Origin: Squalus acanthias | Lineage: Eukaryota | Direction of reading: 5' to 3' | DNA: 64,000 bases | Assembly: GCA_030390025.1 (NCBI GenBank) | Contig: CM059437.1 | Location: 66,588,001-66,652,000, forward strand | Shown: positions 63,077-64,000 of the stretch, piece by piece | Numbering within the stretch: position 1 is the stretch's first letter | How the letters are laid out: each line of letters starts with the position of its first letter | Position numbers and translations under genes: made by a program | The notes under the pieces: generated by a model | What the model was told of the DNA's origin: nothing | The model's database searches: none | The model's input: the letters and a program-made list of their open reading frames with translations, nothing else

Positions 63077-64000
63077 GGCCGTGATTTTGCCGACCAAGGC
63101 AGGTCCGGGGCGGCCAGGATCGGTGTCGCGGTCCCAGCCCACTACTTACTGCAGCCCGCACTCTCCAAGTGATTTGACATTAATAGGGCTTGTTAAGCCC
63201 GCCTTGCGAGGTTCCCGGCCAATTAATAGGAAGCGGGTCTGATGACGTCATTTGAGGACGCATCATCAGCCGGTTTCCTTAAAGGGGCCATGTCCAAATC
63301 AGTTCTGCTGTCAGTGTTCTACAGCGTTGAGGTGCTGTAAACACTGACAAACACTGCACAGAGGTGCACGGCTGCACCCAGGCTCTCCCATGACTCCATC
63401 CATATGCTTATGGAGGGATTCACAGCATGCAGGGAGATTCTCTTCCTTTCCCATGGGCAGAAGAGACCTCCCCAGGAGATCAACGCAGCATGTTTGCACA
63501 TTGCACAGGAGGACACAAGCAGGGATGTGGTCAGGAGGACCAGGCTGCAGTGGCGCAAGCCTTTCAATGATCTCAATAGATCACGAAACGTTACTGCCAA
63601 GCCACACTCAACCTCATCCTGCTGTGCCACTTATCCCATCCCCATCACTCTGCCTTCCCTACCCTCCTACTGCACATCTTTACTCACACTAACTTACCTT
63701 GCACCTCCACCCATCCCTCTCTATCTACATTATCACTTCCCCATCTCACTAGCCATCCCTCACACTCACCGTCATCCTACTGCAAGCATCCGAACTAACA
63801 ACACACAAGGGTAGGTACTTGGGTGGTTTAGCCAATGTTCATGTGAAGTTTCTGTTAATGTGTTGTCAAACATTGAAATCTATATTTTCAACACTTTACC
63901 TTATTGGACAGATCTGTGCTCACTTTTGGAAGTGTCTTAGTGAGTTCCAGTGAATGTTGAGACATAACTACCCCCCCCCCCCCCCCCAATTGTGATGAGT
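63077..64000 (+). mobile_element. PIF/Harbinger-derived element with Myb/SANT-like (trihelix) ORF remnant; runs off the window
   Basis: Left end att|ggccgtgattttgcc; ORF at 63404 reads REILF...AACLHIAQE...RRTRLQWRKPFNDL, a decayed form of AW..IA..V...RT..QCRK.FNDL; homologous to 11361-12070. Confidence 0.75.

Overview
Vertebrate genomic DNA, most likely a cartilaginous fish (inferred from SacSINE1-like DeuSINEs, shark-type CR1/L2 LINEs and Penelope-type inverted repeats). The only host protein-coding gene is a complete, intact TBX3 on the + strand: 7 coding exons, 48748-56476, 2175 nt, 724 aa. It lies in a roughly 40 kb CpG-retaining, transposon-poor domain with candidate enhancers and downstream CTCF motifs. 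The first ~20 kb is CpG-depleted and repeat-rich. It includes a five-level nested retroelement stack (L2 > DeuSINE > CR1 minus > near full-length CR1 plus > Tx1/L1-clade fragment) and PIF/Harbinger-type elements. The best leads are three features of the near full-length CR1: an in-frame UUUAAAC slippery heptamer at the ORF1/ORF2 junction, a TATA cassette between two copies of a 5' repeat, and a duplicated 3' tail. Also notable are hammerhead-ribozyme remnants in the Penelope-type repeats and an (ATG)5 uORF just upstream of TBX3. All family assignments come from reading motifs by eye; no database search or folding calculation was run.
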